Part shown: positions 42,572-56,104 of the stretch, one piece after another
Numbering within the stretch: position 1 is the first letter of the stretch
Layout: every line of letters begins with the position of its first letter
Origin: an uncultured Actinomycetota bacterium
Lineage (GTDB): Bacteria > Actinomycetota > Actinomycetes > JAHEKZ01
NCBI GenBank assembly: GCA_963718235.1
Contig: CAVQYR010000002.1
Span: 672,001 to 736,000 of the forward strand
Length of the DNA: 64,000 bases
Direction of reading: 5' to 3'
The notes under the pieces: generated by a model
Databases searched by the model: none
The model's input: only the letters and a program-made list of their open reading frames with translations
What the model was told of the DNA's origin: nothing
Made by a program: the position numbers and the translations under genes

Positions 42572-43525
42572 ATGTCACAGGTTCTCGTTCTGGTCGACCA
42601 CGCAGATGGCGAGGTCAAGAAGGTCACCCTCGAGCTGCTGACCCTGGCCCGGGCTCTCGGCGAGCCGGTTGCCGTGGTGGTCGGCGCGGGCGCCGCGTCG
42701 GCCGCAGCGACGCTGGCCGAGTACGGCGCCACCGCCATCTACACCGCCGACGGCGACGGCTTCGCCGACACGGCGGTGACGCCTTCGGTGGCGACCCTGG
42801 CCCAGGTGGTCGCCGACCTCGGTCCGGCCGCCGTTCTGATCCCGTCGTCGGTCGACGGCAAGGAGATCGCGGCCCGCCTGGCCGTGCGCACCGGCTCGGG
42901 GGTCATCACCGACGCCGTCTCCGTCTCGCCCAGCCTTCAGGCCGAGCAGTCGGTGTTCGGCGGATCGACCCTGGTGACGTCGCGGGTGACCCACGGCACG
43001 CCGGTCATCACGGTCCGGCCGAACTCCACACCTCCAGCGCCGGCACCGGCCACCCCGCAGACGGTCGACCTCAGCGTGACCTTGAGCGACACCGACCGGG
43101 CCGCCTCGGTCACCGAGCGGGTCGCCCAGGAGCGCACAGGTCGCCCCGAGCTGACCGAGGCCGCGATCGTCGTGTCCGGCGGACGCGGGGTGGGTTCCCC
43201 CGAGGGCTTCGCCGTCGTCGAGGCCCTGGCCGACAGCCTTGGTGCGGCGGTCGGTGCCTCGCGCGCCGCCACGGACGCGGGCTGGTACCCCCACCAGTAC
43301 CAGGTCGGGCAGACCGGCAAGACGGTCTCACCGCAGCTGTACATCGCCAACGGCATCTCCGGCGCCATCCAGCACCGTGCCGGCATGCAGACCTCGAAGA
43401 CCATCGTGGCGGTCAACAAGGACGCCGAGGCGCCGATCTTCGACCTGGTCGACTTCGGTGTGGTCGGCGACCTGCACCAGGTGCTGCCGCAGCTCACCGA
43501 GGCGGTGGCCAAGCACAAGGCGTGA
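42572..43525 (+). CDS. etfA: Electron transfer flavoprotein alpha subunit
   Basis: VSGGRG, GASRAA, QVGQTGK and GISGAIQH. Confidence 0.96.
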   Translation: MSQVLVLVDHADGEVKKVTLELLTLARALGEPVAVVVGAGAASAAATLAEYGATAIYTADGDGFADTAVTPSVATLAQVVADLGPAAVLIPSSVDGKEIAARLAVRTGSGVITDAVSVSPSLQAEQSVFGGSTLVTSRVTHGTPVITVRPNSTPPAPAPATPQTVDLSVTLSDTDRAASVTERVAQERTGRPELTEAAIVVSGGRGVGSPEGFAVVEALADSLGAAVGASRAATDAGWYPHQYQVGQTGKTVSPQLYIANGISGAIQHRAGMQTSKTIVAVNKDAEAPIFDLVDFGVVGDLHQVLPQLTEAVAKHKA

Positions 43526-43592
43526 CGGCCCGGGCAGCCGGGTTCGTTAGGGTCGGGGTTCACCGCCGCGACCGACCAGGAGCCTGCCCGCT

Positions 43593-45113
43593 GTGCTCTT
43601 CCCCACCATCGAGTTCGCGGCCTTCTTCGCTGTCGTCCTGCTGTTCAACTGGCTGCTCATGCCGCACCGGACGGCGTGGAAGTGGTTCATCCTCGCGGCG
43701 TCGTACGCGTTCTACGCCTACGCCGACCCCTGGCTCACGGTCGTGCTCGCCGCGGTCACCGTCGCCAACCAGCTGGGTGCCACGATGGTCACCCGCTCGA
43801 CCACGGCCTCGAGGCGGCGCGCCTGGCTGATCGCGACCGTCACCGCCGACCTGGCCCTGCTCGGCTGGTTCAAGTACTTCGACTTCTTCGTGACCCAGGT
43901 CAACGATGCGCTGGGACGCTTCGGCCTCGATGCGCCGCTCCCCGTCCTCGCCATCGTGCTGCCCATCGGGATCTCCTTCTACACCTTCCAGGGGATCTCC
44001 TACGTCGTCGACGTCTCACGAGGTCACTTCGCCTTGGCCAAGCCGTTGGACTTCGCCGTGTTCCAGGCCTTCTTCCCGCACCTGGTGGCCGGTCCGATCG
44101 TGCGGGCCCGCGAGTTCATCCCGCAGCTCGCTCGACCACGCGACCCCCGAGCCGTGCCGCTCACGCCCGCGCTCTTCCTCATCGCCGGGGGGCTGTTCAA
44201 GAAGATCGTCATCGCGGACTACCTCGCGACCTCGATCGTCGACCCGGTCTTCGCGGTGCCCAGCCAGCACACCAGCGTCGAGGTGGTGGTGGCCTTCGTC
44301 GCCTACTCGGTGCAGATCTACGCCGACTTCTCCGCCTACACCGACATCGCGATCGGCCTGGCGCTCCTGCTGGGCTTCCGGTTCCCGCAGAACTTCGACC
44401 GGCCCTACGCCAGTGCCAGCCTGCAGGACTTCTGGCGTCGCTGGCACATGTCCCTCTCGCGCTGGCTGCGCGACTACCTGTACGTGCCGCTCGGCGGCAA
44501 CCGGCGCGGGCCCGTACGCACGTACGTGAACCTGATGCTCACCATGCTGCTCGGTGGCCTGTGGCACGGCGCGAGCTGGACCTTCGTGATCTGGGGTGGC
44601 CTGCACGGCGCAGGACTGGGCGTCGAACGTTGGTGGAACCGCCACCGTCAGACCCGGGCCGCCGCGCACCACGAGGTCGTGGGCGCACCCTCGCTACCAC
44701 CGGGGCTCGGTGTCGCCGAGGCGGCGTTCCGTGAGCGGACCGAGGCCGAGGCCGTCGTCGAGCGCCCGGTCTCCGGCGGGGTCGGGCGCCCGTTGGCCAT
44801 CGCTGCCACGTTCACCTTCGTCACGGTGGCCTGGGTGTTCTTCCGCGCGCCGAACCTCACCGTGGTCACCGAGCTGTTCGCCCAGCTGCTCGACTTCGGC
44901 CCAGCGCCGCTGGTCACCCTCCCGGTCGTGCTGGCCGTGCTGGTGGGGTTGTCGACCCAGGCCGTGCCGCAACGGGTGTGGGCGGCGGTGGAGAGCCGCT
45001 TCTCCGGCCTGCCGTGGTGGGCGCAGGGCCTCGTCTTCGGGGCGTTCGTCGTCCTGATCGACGCACTGGTGCCCCAACAGGGTGTGGCGCCCTTCCTCTA
45101 CTTCCGGTTCTAG
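43593..45113 (+). CDS. MBOAT O-acyltransferase (AlgI/PatA/DltB-like)
   Basis: PIGISFYTFQ, AGPIVR, FWRRWHMSLS, GLWHGA and C-terminal FLYFRF. Confidence 0.93.
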   Translation: MLFPTIEFAAFFAVVLLFNWLLMPHRTAWKWFILAASYAFYAYADPWLTVVLAAVTVANQLGATMVTRSTTASRRRAWLIATVTADLALLGWFKYFDFFVTQVNDALGRFGLDAPLPVLAIVLPIGISFYTFQGISYVVDVSRGHFALAKPLDFAVFQAFFPHLVAGPIVRAREFIPQLARPRDPRAVPLTPALFLIAGGLFKKIVIADYLATSIVDPVFAVPSQHTSVEVVVAFVAYSVQIYADFSAYTDIAIGLALLLGFRFPQNFDRPYASASLQDFWRRWHMSLSRWLRDYLYVPLGGNRRGPVRTYVNLMLTMLLGGLWHGASWTFVIWGGLHGAGLGVERWWNRHRQTRAAAHHEVVGAPSLPPGLGVAEAAFRERTEAEAVVERPVSGGVGRPLAIAATFTFVTVAWVFFRAPNLTVVTELFAQLLDFGPAPLVTLPVVLAVLVGLSTQAVPQRVWAAVESRFSGLPWWAQGLVFGAFVVLIDALVPQQGVAPFLYFRF

Positions 45114-45154
45114 ACTGTCCGTCTCACCTCCACCAGTCTGCGAACGGATTCCGC

Positions 45155-46264
45155 GTGCCCACGACCACCGAGCCGCCGTCGCAGCGATGGATCGACGAGG
45201 TCGAGCACCCGGCAGCCGGACGAGGTCGCGGTCGACGGGTCCCCGCCGGTCAGGTCATCGGAGCCGTCGTCGTGGCCCTGCTCGCCGCTGCCCTGCTGAA
45301 CTCCGCCGCGATGGTGCGAGCGGGTGAGGGCATGGACGACGGAGTCACCCGCACGTTGGTCCTCGCCGTCGCCCGACCGATCGACGCCCTGGCTTCGACA
45401 GTGGGGCTCGACCTGCCCCGACGCGGGCTCGACGCGGTCTTCGGGCACAGTGCCTGGGTGGCGGAGGGCACCGCCCTGACCGACGGCGGCGACGACGTCC
45501 TCGACCTCCCGGTGGCACCGAGCGCCACGGCGTCCCCGACGCCCGATGGTCCCGGTCCGACCAAGGAGCCCAGCGAGCCGGAGCTGCTGTACCCGCAGGA
45601 CGTGGGCGGGATCACGAAGGTGACCCGACCCACCGCCAAGGACCCGCTCAAGGTCCTCGTCACCGGTGACTCGCTTGCCTCGTACATCGGCGTGGCGATG
45701 GCCAACGACGTGGGTACCCGCGGGAGCGTCGTCGTCAAGACGTACAACGGCACCGGCCTCACCCGTCCAGACTTCTTCAACTGGCAGGTCGCGGCGGAGA
45801 AGCTGAGCAGGGAGCGCAGCCCCGACGTCGTGGCCATGATGATGGGTGGCAACGACGGCTGGAACATGACCCACGACGGCGAGTCGATGAGCTGGGGTAC
45901 CCCGGAGTGGATCCAGGAGTACGCCCGCCGGGTCGCCGTCGTCAGTCGGACGTTCTTGGCCGAGGGTGCCGACCGGGTGTACTGGGCCGGTCCGCCGACG
46001 GCGCGCGACGGCAAGTGGAACGGCATCTTCCGCGACATCAACGCAGCGGTGACCCGGGCGGTCCGAGCGACGCCAGGGGCACGGTTCGTCGACGTGTTCG
46101 AGGGCACGTCGGACGACGGCCGGTACACCTCGACGCTGGTGGTCGACGGGAAGAAGGTCAACGCCCGGCAGTCCGACGGCATCCACTTCAGTCTCGAGGG
46201 GTCCCCCGCTCCTGCGGGGATGTTCTTCGACCTGCTGGAGCGTGAGTACGGGGCGCTGCGCTGA
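45155..46264 (+). CDS. Membrane-anchored SGNH/GDSL acyltransferase (DUF459/PatB-like)
   Basis: TM anchor; GDSL, GTGL, GGND and DGIH blocks; start approximate. Confidence 0.85.
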   Translation: MPTTTEPPSQRWIDEVEHPAAGRGRGRRVPAGQVIGAVVVALLAAALLNSAAMVRAGEGMDDGVTRTLVLAVARPIDALASTVGLDLPRRGLDAVFGHSAWVAEGTALTDGGDDVLDLPVAPSATASPTPDGPGPTKEPSEPELLYPQDVGGITKVTRPTAKDPLKVLVTGDSLASYIGVAMANDVGTRGSVVVKTYNGTGLTRPDFFNWQVAAEKLSRERSPDVVAMMMGGNDGWNMTHDGESMSWGTPEWIQEYARRVAVVSRTFLAEGADRVYWAGPPTARDGKWNGIFRDINAAVTRAVRATPGARFVDVFEGTSDDGRYTSTLVVDGKKVNARQSDGIHFSLEGSPAPAGMFFDLLEREYGALR

Positions 46265-46303
46265 CCCGCCCGTTCGCGGCGCCTGCAACCTAGACTGACC
46301 GAG

Positions 46304-47493
46304 ATGACCTACCTGGACCACGCGGCGACGACGCCTATGGTGCCGGCTGCGATACAGGTGATGACGACGCAGCTGGCGCTGGTCGGCAACCCGTCGTCGC
46401 TTCACTCGGCCGGACGTCGCGCCCGCCGCGTCGTCGAGGAGTCCCGTGAAGCCCTGGCCGAGGCGCTGGGCGCGCGCCCGAGCGAGGTCGTGTTCACCTC
46501 GGGTGGCACCGAGAGCAACAACCTGGCCCTGAAGGGTCTGTACTGGGCCCGGCGCGACGCCGACCCGCGACGCCGACGGGTGATCACCACCGCGGTCGAG
46601 CACCATGCCGTGCTCGACCCGTTGCGGTGGCTCGCCGACCACGAGGGAGCCGTGCTCGACGTCCTTCCCGTCGACGGTGACGGGCGGGTCGACCCGGACC
46701 GGCTGCGGGTGGCCCTCGACCAGGACCCGGAGGGCGTGGCCCTGGTCAGCGTCATGTGGGCGAACAGCGAGGTCGGCACGATCCAGCCGATCGCTGAGTG
46801 TGCGCGACTCACCCGGGAGCTCGGCGTGCCCTTCCACAGCGATGCCGTGCAGGCCGCCGGGACCCTCGACGTCGACTTCGCCGGGTCCGGGGTCGACGCG
46901 ATGACCCTCACCGGGCACAAGCTCGGCGGACCCCACGGCGTCGGCGCCCTGCTGCTGGCCCGGTCCGCCGACCTGGTCCCGCTCGCCCACGGCGGCGGTC
47001 AGGAGCGTGACGTCCGCTCGGGCACCCTGGACGCCCCGGCGATCGCCGCCTTCGCCGCGGCCTGCGCTGCGGCCGTGACCGACCGGGTCGAGCGCGGCAA
47101 CCGGGTGGCGGCCCTGCGGGACCGCCTCGCCGAGGTCGTGACCGACGCCGTCCCCGACGCGCTCCTGAACGGGCCGCGGCTCACCGACCGGGCCGCACGG
47201 CTCCCGGGCATCGCCCACTTCTCCTTCCCGGGGTGCGAGGGGGACTCCCTGCTGATGCTGCTCGACGCACAGGGGATCTCGTGCTCGACCGGTTCGGCCT
47301 GCTCGGCCGGGGTGGCCCAGCCCAGCCACGTCCTGGTGGCGATGGGTGCGGACCCGACGTCGGCCCGGTCGTCCCTGCGGTTCAGCCTGGGGCACGACTC
47401 CACGGCGGTCGACGTGGCCGCCCTGGGTGAGGCGATCGGACCGGTCGTGGCCCGGGCGAGGTCCAGCTCGGCCCGCCCCGTCGGGGCGTCGTC

Positions 47494-47497
<4 letters not shown>
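46304..47497 (+). CDS. iscS: Cysteine desulfurase (IscS/NifS class)
   Basis: [20 protein letters not shown] and STGSAC. Confidence 0.92.
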
Positions 47498-50816
<3,319 letters not shown>

Positions 50817-50922
50817 ACCGGCGGTCCCTGTCTCACGCGGGCCCGGCCCGCAGCCGACTACATGAAGTGACCGCCTGCTGACCATGTGTGCGGCCTGCTC
50901 GGGGGCGAGGGGGAGCAAGCGC

Positions 50923-52965
50923 ATGATGGCCCGACCGTCGTTGGTACGACTGTCGCGCTTCGCCGTGTTCTGGTGGTTCTCCGTCGCGGGCGGCTGGGCG
51001 CTGCTCGGCGTCGCCGTGTGGCACACCCTGCCGTCACTGGGTGGCACCGGCGTCACCCTGTGGGTGCTGGCCGGTTTCGTCGTCCTCGGCGAGCTCCTTC
51101 CGGTGATCACCGCGGGGACCTACGACTCCCAAGGGGTCGCGACGTCCCAGGCCTTCGTCTTCGCGGTGCTGTACATGTACGGGCCGTGGCCGGCCATCGT
51201 CTTGATGGGCGTCGGCACCTTGCTCGCCGAGCTCGTCAAGCGCAAGCAGCCGTGGCGCCTGCTGTTCAACGTCGGGCAGTACACGTTGAGCCTCGGAGCC
51301 GCCGCGCTGGTGATGGTGGCCTTTGGCCACCAGGCGTCGCTGGACGCGCCCGCGGCGAGCCTCAGCGCCAGCGACCTGGTCTGGGTCGTGCTTGGTTGGT
51401 TCGCGTTCTTCTTCACCAACGACGCACTGGTCGCCGGCACGTCGGAGGACATCGGCCGCACCTGGGCCCAGGACTTCTTCGACGAGTTCTGGTACTACTT
51501 CGTCACCACGTTCGCCGTCCTGGCGCTGTCCCCGCTGGTCGTGTTCGTCTCCGCCGTGCCCGCGTACCTGCCGCTGCTGCTGCTGCCGCTGTTCGCCGTC
51601 CGCAAGACCGCTTCGATCTCCCGGGAGAAGGAGCACCAGGCCCTCCACGACGCCTTGACGGGGCTGCCCAACCGCAAGCTGCTGATGCAGCGCATGGAGG
51701 ACGCGATCTCCACTGCGCCGGGTGACGGGCGCAGCGTCGGCCTGTGCCTCCTCGACCTGGACCGGTTCAAGGAGGTCAACGACACCCTGGGCCACCACGT
51801 GGGTGACCGGCTGCTCGAGCTGGCGGCGCAGCGGATCCGTGGTGCCCTGCGCCCCGCCGACGTCGTGGCCCGGCTCGGTGGCGACGAGTTCGCCGTCCTG
51901 CTCGACCCCGTCCGCGACGAGGCGGCCGCCGTCGAGGTTGCGCAGCGGATCCGGTCCTCGCTGACCGAGCCATTCCACCTGGAAGGACTGCAGCTCGAGC
52001 TCGAGGCCAGCGTCGGAGTGGCCGTGTTCCCGGACCACGGAGCAGACGCTGAGCACCTCATGCGGCGTGCCGATGTGGCCATGTACCTCGCCAAGGAGGA
52101 GCGCACCGGCGTCGAGGTCTACGTCGCCGACCGCGACCGCAACTCGGCGAGCCGACTGGCCCTGCTGGGCGGGCTGCGTACGGCGATGGAGGGCGGGGAG
52201 CTCGAGCTCCACTACCAGCCGAAGGTGGCGATGGGTGCCGGGGCCGTCGTCGGGGTCGAGGCGCTCGTGCGATGGCGTCACCCGACCCGCGGACTGGTCA
52301 TGCCCGACGAGTTCATCCCGCTCGCCGAGCACTCGGGTCTGATGGGGCCGCTGACGGCGTTCGTCATCGACACCGCACTCAGCCAGGCGGCCACCTGGCG
52401 ACAGTTCGGCCTGGAGATCCAGATCGCCGTCAACGTCTCGATGCGGGACCTGCACGACCCGCAGCTGCCGAGCACCGTGGCGGCACTGCTCGAGCGGTAC
52501 GACCTGCCGGCCTCGTCGTTGCAGCTCGAGCTCACCGAACGGGTGCTGACCCGTGACGCCGACGGCGTCGCGGAGACGCTGCGGGCGATGCGCCGGCTCG
52601 GGGTGGAGATCTCGCTGGACGACTTCGGGACGGGTTACTCCTCGATGGTCCTGCTCAAGCGCCTGCCGGTGAACGAGATCAAGATCGACCGCTCCTTCGT
52701 CTCCCGGCTCGGCGTCGATCCGGAGGACGCGACGATCGTGCGCTCGATCATCGACCTGGCCCACGGCATGGGCATGCGCGCCGTCGCCGAAGGGGTCGAG
52801 ACCCAGCCGGTCTGGGACCTCCTCGACGGGCTGGGCTGCGACGCCGTGCAGGGCTGGTACGTGAGCCGGGCGCTGGACGTCGAGGCAGCGACCACGTGGC
52901 TGCTGCGGCACCCGTCGCACCGTCGGCGGCTGAGGGTGCTGAGCAGGGAGTCGAACGCGGGATGA
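50923..52965 (+). CDS. Membrane GGDEF-EAL protein (RmdB-like by architecture and ligA-gatC position)
   Basis: Multi-TM N-terminus; RPAD..RLGGDEF, EALVRW and DDFGTGYSS. Confidence 0.92.
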   Translation: MMARPSLVRLSRFAVFWWFSVAGGWALLGVAVWHTLPSLGGTGVTLWVLAGFVVLGELLPVITAGTYDSQGVATSQAFVFAVLYMYGPWPAIVLMGVGTLLAELVKRKQPWRLLFNVGQYTLSLGAAALVMVAFGHQASLDAPAASLSASDLVWVVLGWFAFFFTNDALVAGTSEDIGRTWAQDFFDEFWYYFVTTFAVLALSPLVVFVSAVPAYLPLLLLPLFAVRKTASISREKEHQALHDALTGLPNRKLLMQRMEDAISTAPGDGRSVGLCLLDLDRFKEVNDTLGHHVGDRLLELAAQRIRGALRPADVVARLGGDEFAVLLDPVRDEAAAVEVAQRIRSSLTEPFHLEGLQLELEASVGVAVFPDHGADAEHLMRRADVAMYLAKEERTGVEVYVADRDRNSASRLALLGGLRTAMEGGELELHYQPKVAMGAGAVVGVEALVRWRHPTRGLVMPDEFIPLAEHSGLMGPLTAFVIDTALSQAATWRQFGLEIQIAVNVSMRDLHDPQLPSTVAALLERYDLPASSLQLELTERVLTRDADGVAETLRAMRRLGVEISLDDFGTGYSSMVLLKRLPVNEIKIDRSFVSRLGVDPEDATIVRSIIDLAHGMGMRAVAEGVETQPVWDLLDGLGCDAVQGWYVSRALDVEAATTWLLRHPSHRRRLRVLSRESNAG

Positions 52966-53004
52966 CCGGAAGGGGGGGCGTGGTGACCGGGGCACCGACC
53001 ACGG

Positions 53005-54258
53005 GTGGCGGACGTGACTGAGCTCGAGCCGTTCGGCTCCCTGATGCGACGGGTGAACCGGTTCAGCGTGACCTTCGTCGCCACGCTGGTCACCGCGGGC
53101 GTGCTGCTCGGCTGGTCGCTGTCATGGTCGGGGTGGACGGCGGCATCGACGGGGCTGTTGGTGGTCGCCGGCGGTGCGACGCTGTTCGAGATCCGCCCGC
53201 TGACGGTCCTTCGCTACCCGGATCCGATCACCATCCATCTGGGTCAGTCGTTCGCACTCGCCGCGCTGTACGTGTGGGGAGTGCAGCCCGCCATGCTCGT
53301 CTCCGGGGCCAGCTGGCTCGTCGGTCAGGCGGTGGCGCGCAAGCAGTGGTGGAGGACGACCTTCAACGCGGCACAGTTCGTCGTGGCCATGGGCGCTGCG
53401 GGGGCCGTGATGTCACTGCTGGGTGGCGAACCGGTGGGACAAGGCGGAGTCCTCGTCTGGTCCGACCTGGGGTGGGTCGCAGCCACCTGGCTCGTCCACT
53501 TCGTCGTCAACGACGTCCTCGTCTCACTGCTCGCGGAGAGCGACGGCGCGACGTTCTGGGAGGACCTCACCTACGGCCTGCGCTGGTACCTGTTCTCCGA
53601 CCTGCTGGCCGACACCCTCGCCATCGTCGTGGTGGTGCTCGTGGCGGCCGGCGTCTGGTACCCGTTGGCCCTCGTGGTGCCGATGGTCATGTTCGCGATG
53701 ACGTACAGCCTGACCCGAAACGCCGAGCACGAGTCGTTGCACGACGAGCTCACGGGTGTGGCCAACCGGCGTCAGCTGCTCAAGCGTCTCGAGGAGCAGA
53801 CAGGGCGTAGCTCGTCCTACGCCGTGGTGCTCGTCGACCTGGACGGGTTCAAGGCGGTGAACGACCGGCGTGGACACCTGGCCGGCGACGTCGTGCTGCG
53901 GAGCACTGCCAACCAGCTGAGCGCGGTCGTGCGCGACACCGACCTGGTCGCTCGGATCGGCGGCGACGAGTTCGCTCTCGTCCTCGGCGAGCGGCCGAAC
54001 GCGGCGGAGTCGATGGAGGTGGCTCGGCGGGTGTTCACCGAGGTGACCCGTCCCGTCCCGTTCGGGGCGGCCGTGGTCGAGGTCGGCGTCAGCGTCGGCG
54101 TGGTCACGGTCGGCAGGGCTGAGCAGCTGGCCGTGGACGAGGTGCTGCACCGCGTGGATGTCGCGATGTACGCGGCCAAGTCGGGAGGCGGGGGCGTCGT
54201 CGCGTGGTCGTCCGACCTCGAGGACGCCGATCGGGAACGGGCTTCGTCCGCCCCCTGA
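53005..54258 (+). CDS. Membrane diguanylate cyclase (GGDEF only)
   Basis: Multi-TM N-terminus similar to the upstream gene; DLDGFK and RDTD..RIGGDEF. Confidence 0.9.
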   Translation: MADVTELEPFGSLMRRVNRFSVTFVATLVTAGVLLGWSLSWSGWTAASTGLLVVAGGATLFEIRPLTVLRYPDPITIHLGQSFALAALYVWGVQPAMLVSGASWLVGQAVARKQWWRTTFNAAQFVVAMGAAGAVMSLLGGEPVGQGGVLVWSDLGWVAATWLVHFVVNDVLVSLLAESDGATFWEDLTYGLRWYLFSDLLADTLAIVVVVLVAAGVWYPLALVVPMVMFAMTYSLTRNAEHESLHDELTGVANRRQLLKRLEEQTGRSSSYAVVLVDLDGFKAVNDRRGHLAGDVVLRSTANQLSAVVRDTDLVARIGGDEFALVLGERPNAAESMEVARRVFTEVTRPVPFGAAVVEVGVSVGVVTVGRAEQLAVDEVLHRVDVAMYAAKSGGGGVVAWSSDLEDADRERASSAP

Positions 54259-54300
54259 CGGGACTCCTAGGATGGGTGGCCCCGACTCCGAGAGGCACTC

Positions 54301-54599
54301 ATGTCCTCGCTCACCCGCGACGAGGTGGCGCATCTGGCGCGGCTGTCCAGGCTCGCCCTGACCGACGCCGAGCTGGACCATCTGGGGGGCAGCTCGACGT
54401 CATCCTGGGTGCGGTTGCCCGGGTGGCGGAGGTCGCCGCTGACGACGTGCCGCCGACCACGCACGCGGTTCCAGTCGTCAACGTCTTCCGCGCCGACGAC
54501 GTCCGCCCGGGGCTGACCCAGGAGCAGGCGCTCGCGGGTGCGCCCGCTGCCGAGGACGGTCGCTTCCGCGTTCCGCAGATCCTGCAGGACGACGAGTGA
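54301..54599 (+). CDS. gatC: Asp/Glu-tRNA amidotransferase subunit C, frameshifted at the G-run 54384-54389
   Basis: [18 protein letters not shown] continues as QLDVIL...NVFRAD...FRVPQIL in another frame; 299 bp = 3n-1. Confidence 0.92.
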
Positions 54600-56104
54600 C
54601 GGCCGACGACCCCATCCGTTGGACCGCTGAGCAGACCGCCGCGGCGATCGCCGACGGTCAGGTGTCCGCGCTCGAGGTGACGCAGGCCGCGCTGGACCGG
54701 ATCGCCGCAGTAGACGAGATCGTGCACGCGTTCCTGCACGTCGATGCCGAAGGAGCCCGGCAGGCCGCCCGGAACGTCGACGCACAGCGCGCGTCGGGTG
54801 CCGCGCTCGGGCCGCTCGCGGGTGTGCCGCTGGCGCTGAAGGACGTGCTCGCCACCCGCGACGTCCCGACGACGTGTGGCTCGAAGATCCTGCAGGGGTG
54901 GCTGCCGCCTTACGACGCCACGGTGACCGGTCGGCTGAGGCAGGCCGGCGTGGTCATCCTCGGCAAGACCAACATGGACGAGTTCGCGATGGGCTCGTCC
55001 ACCGAGAACTCCGCCTACGGACCCACGCGCAACCCCTGGGACGTCGGACGCATCCCGGGTGGGTCGTCCGGCGGGTCGAGCGCGGCTGTGGCCAGCCACC
55101 AGGCGCCGTTGGCGATCGGGACCGACACCGGCGGCTCGATCCGTCAGCCCGCCTCGGTCACGGGGATCGTGGGCGTGAAGCCCACGTACGGGGCCGTGTC
55201 CCGCTACGGGCTCATCGCGTTCTCGTCGTCGCTCGACCAGGCCGGACCGTTCGCCCGCACGGTGTTGGACGCCGCGCTCCTGCACGAGGCGATGGCTGGG
55301 CACGACCCGCTCGACTCCACGTCGATCGATGCCCCCGTGCCCCCAGTGGTCGCCGCTGCACGTGGTGAGCTCGGCGGCCTGGCGGGGCTGCGGGTGGGTG
55401 TGGTCCGCGAGCTGCAGGGCGACGGTTACCAGCCGGGCGTCCAGGCGCGGTTCGACGACGTGGTCGCACTGCTCGGGCAGGCAGGTGCCGACGTCGTCGA
55501 GGTGTCGTGCCCGTCCTTCGACTACGCGCTGCCTGCCTACTACCTGATCGCGCCGAGCGAGTGCTCCAGCAACCTGGCCCGGTTCGACGGAATGCGGTAC
55601 GGGCTGCGGGTCGACGACGGGTCGTCGGTGGAGGAGGTCATGTCGGCAACCCGTGCGGCCGGGTTCGGTGACGAGGTCAAGCGACGGATCATGCTCGGCA
55701 CGTACGCGCTCTCCGCCGGCTACTACGACGCCTACTACGGCCAGGCGCAGAAGGTGCGCACCCTGATCCGTCGCGACTTCGAGGCGGCCTACGCCGACGT
55801 CGACGTGCTGGTGTCTCCGACGACGCCGACGGTGGCGTTCCGCCTCGGCGAGCGGGTCGACGACCCGGTGGCCATGTACAAGGCCGACCTCGCCACCTTG
55901 CCGTCCAGCCTGTACGGCGGACCGGCCATGAGCCTGCCGATCGGGCTCGGCGACGACGACCTCCCGGTGGGCCTGCAGGTGATGGCCCCCGTTCAGGCGG
56001 ACGAGCGGGTCTACCGGGTCGGCCAGGAGCTGGAGACCCTGCTGCTGCGGCGCTGGGGCGGACCCCTGTTGGACCAGGCGCCGCAGCTGGAGGCGACCCG
56101 ATGA
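54596..56104 (+). CDS. gatA: Asp/Glu-tRNA amidotransferase subunit A
   Basis: [29 protein letters not shown] and SSNLARFDG. Confidence 0.97.
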   Translation: MTADDPIRWTAEQTAAAIADGQVSALEVTQAALDRIAAVDEIVHAFLHVDAEGARQAARNVDAQRASGAALGPLAGVPLALKDVLATRDVPTTCGSKILQGWLPPYDATVTGRLRQAGVVILGKTNMDEFAMGSSTENSAYGPTRNPWDVGRIPGGSSGGSSAAVASHQAPLAIGTDTGGSIRQPASVTGIVGVKPTYGAVSRYGLIAFSSSLDQAGPFARTVLDAALLHEAMAGHDPLDSTSIDAPVPPVVAAARGELGGLAGLRVGVVRELQGDGYQPGVQARFDDVVALLGQAGADVVEVSCPSFDYALPAYYLIAPSECSSNLARFDGMRYGLRVDDGSSVEEVMSATRAAGFGDEVKRRIMLGTYALSAGYYDAYYGQAQKVRTLIRRDFEAAYADVDVLVSPTTPTVAFRLGERVDDPVAMYKADLATLPSSLYGGPAMSLPIGLGDDDLPVGLQVMAPVQADERVYRVGQELETLLLRRWGGPLLDQAPQLEATR

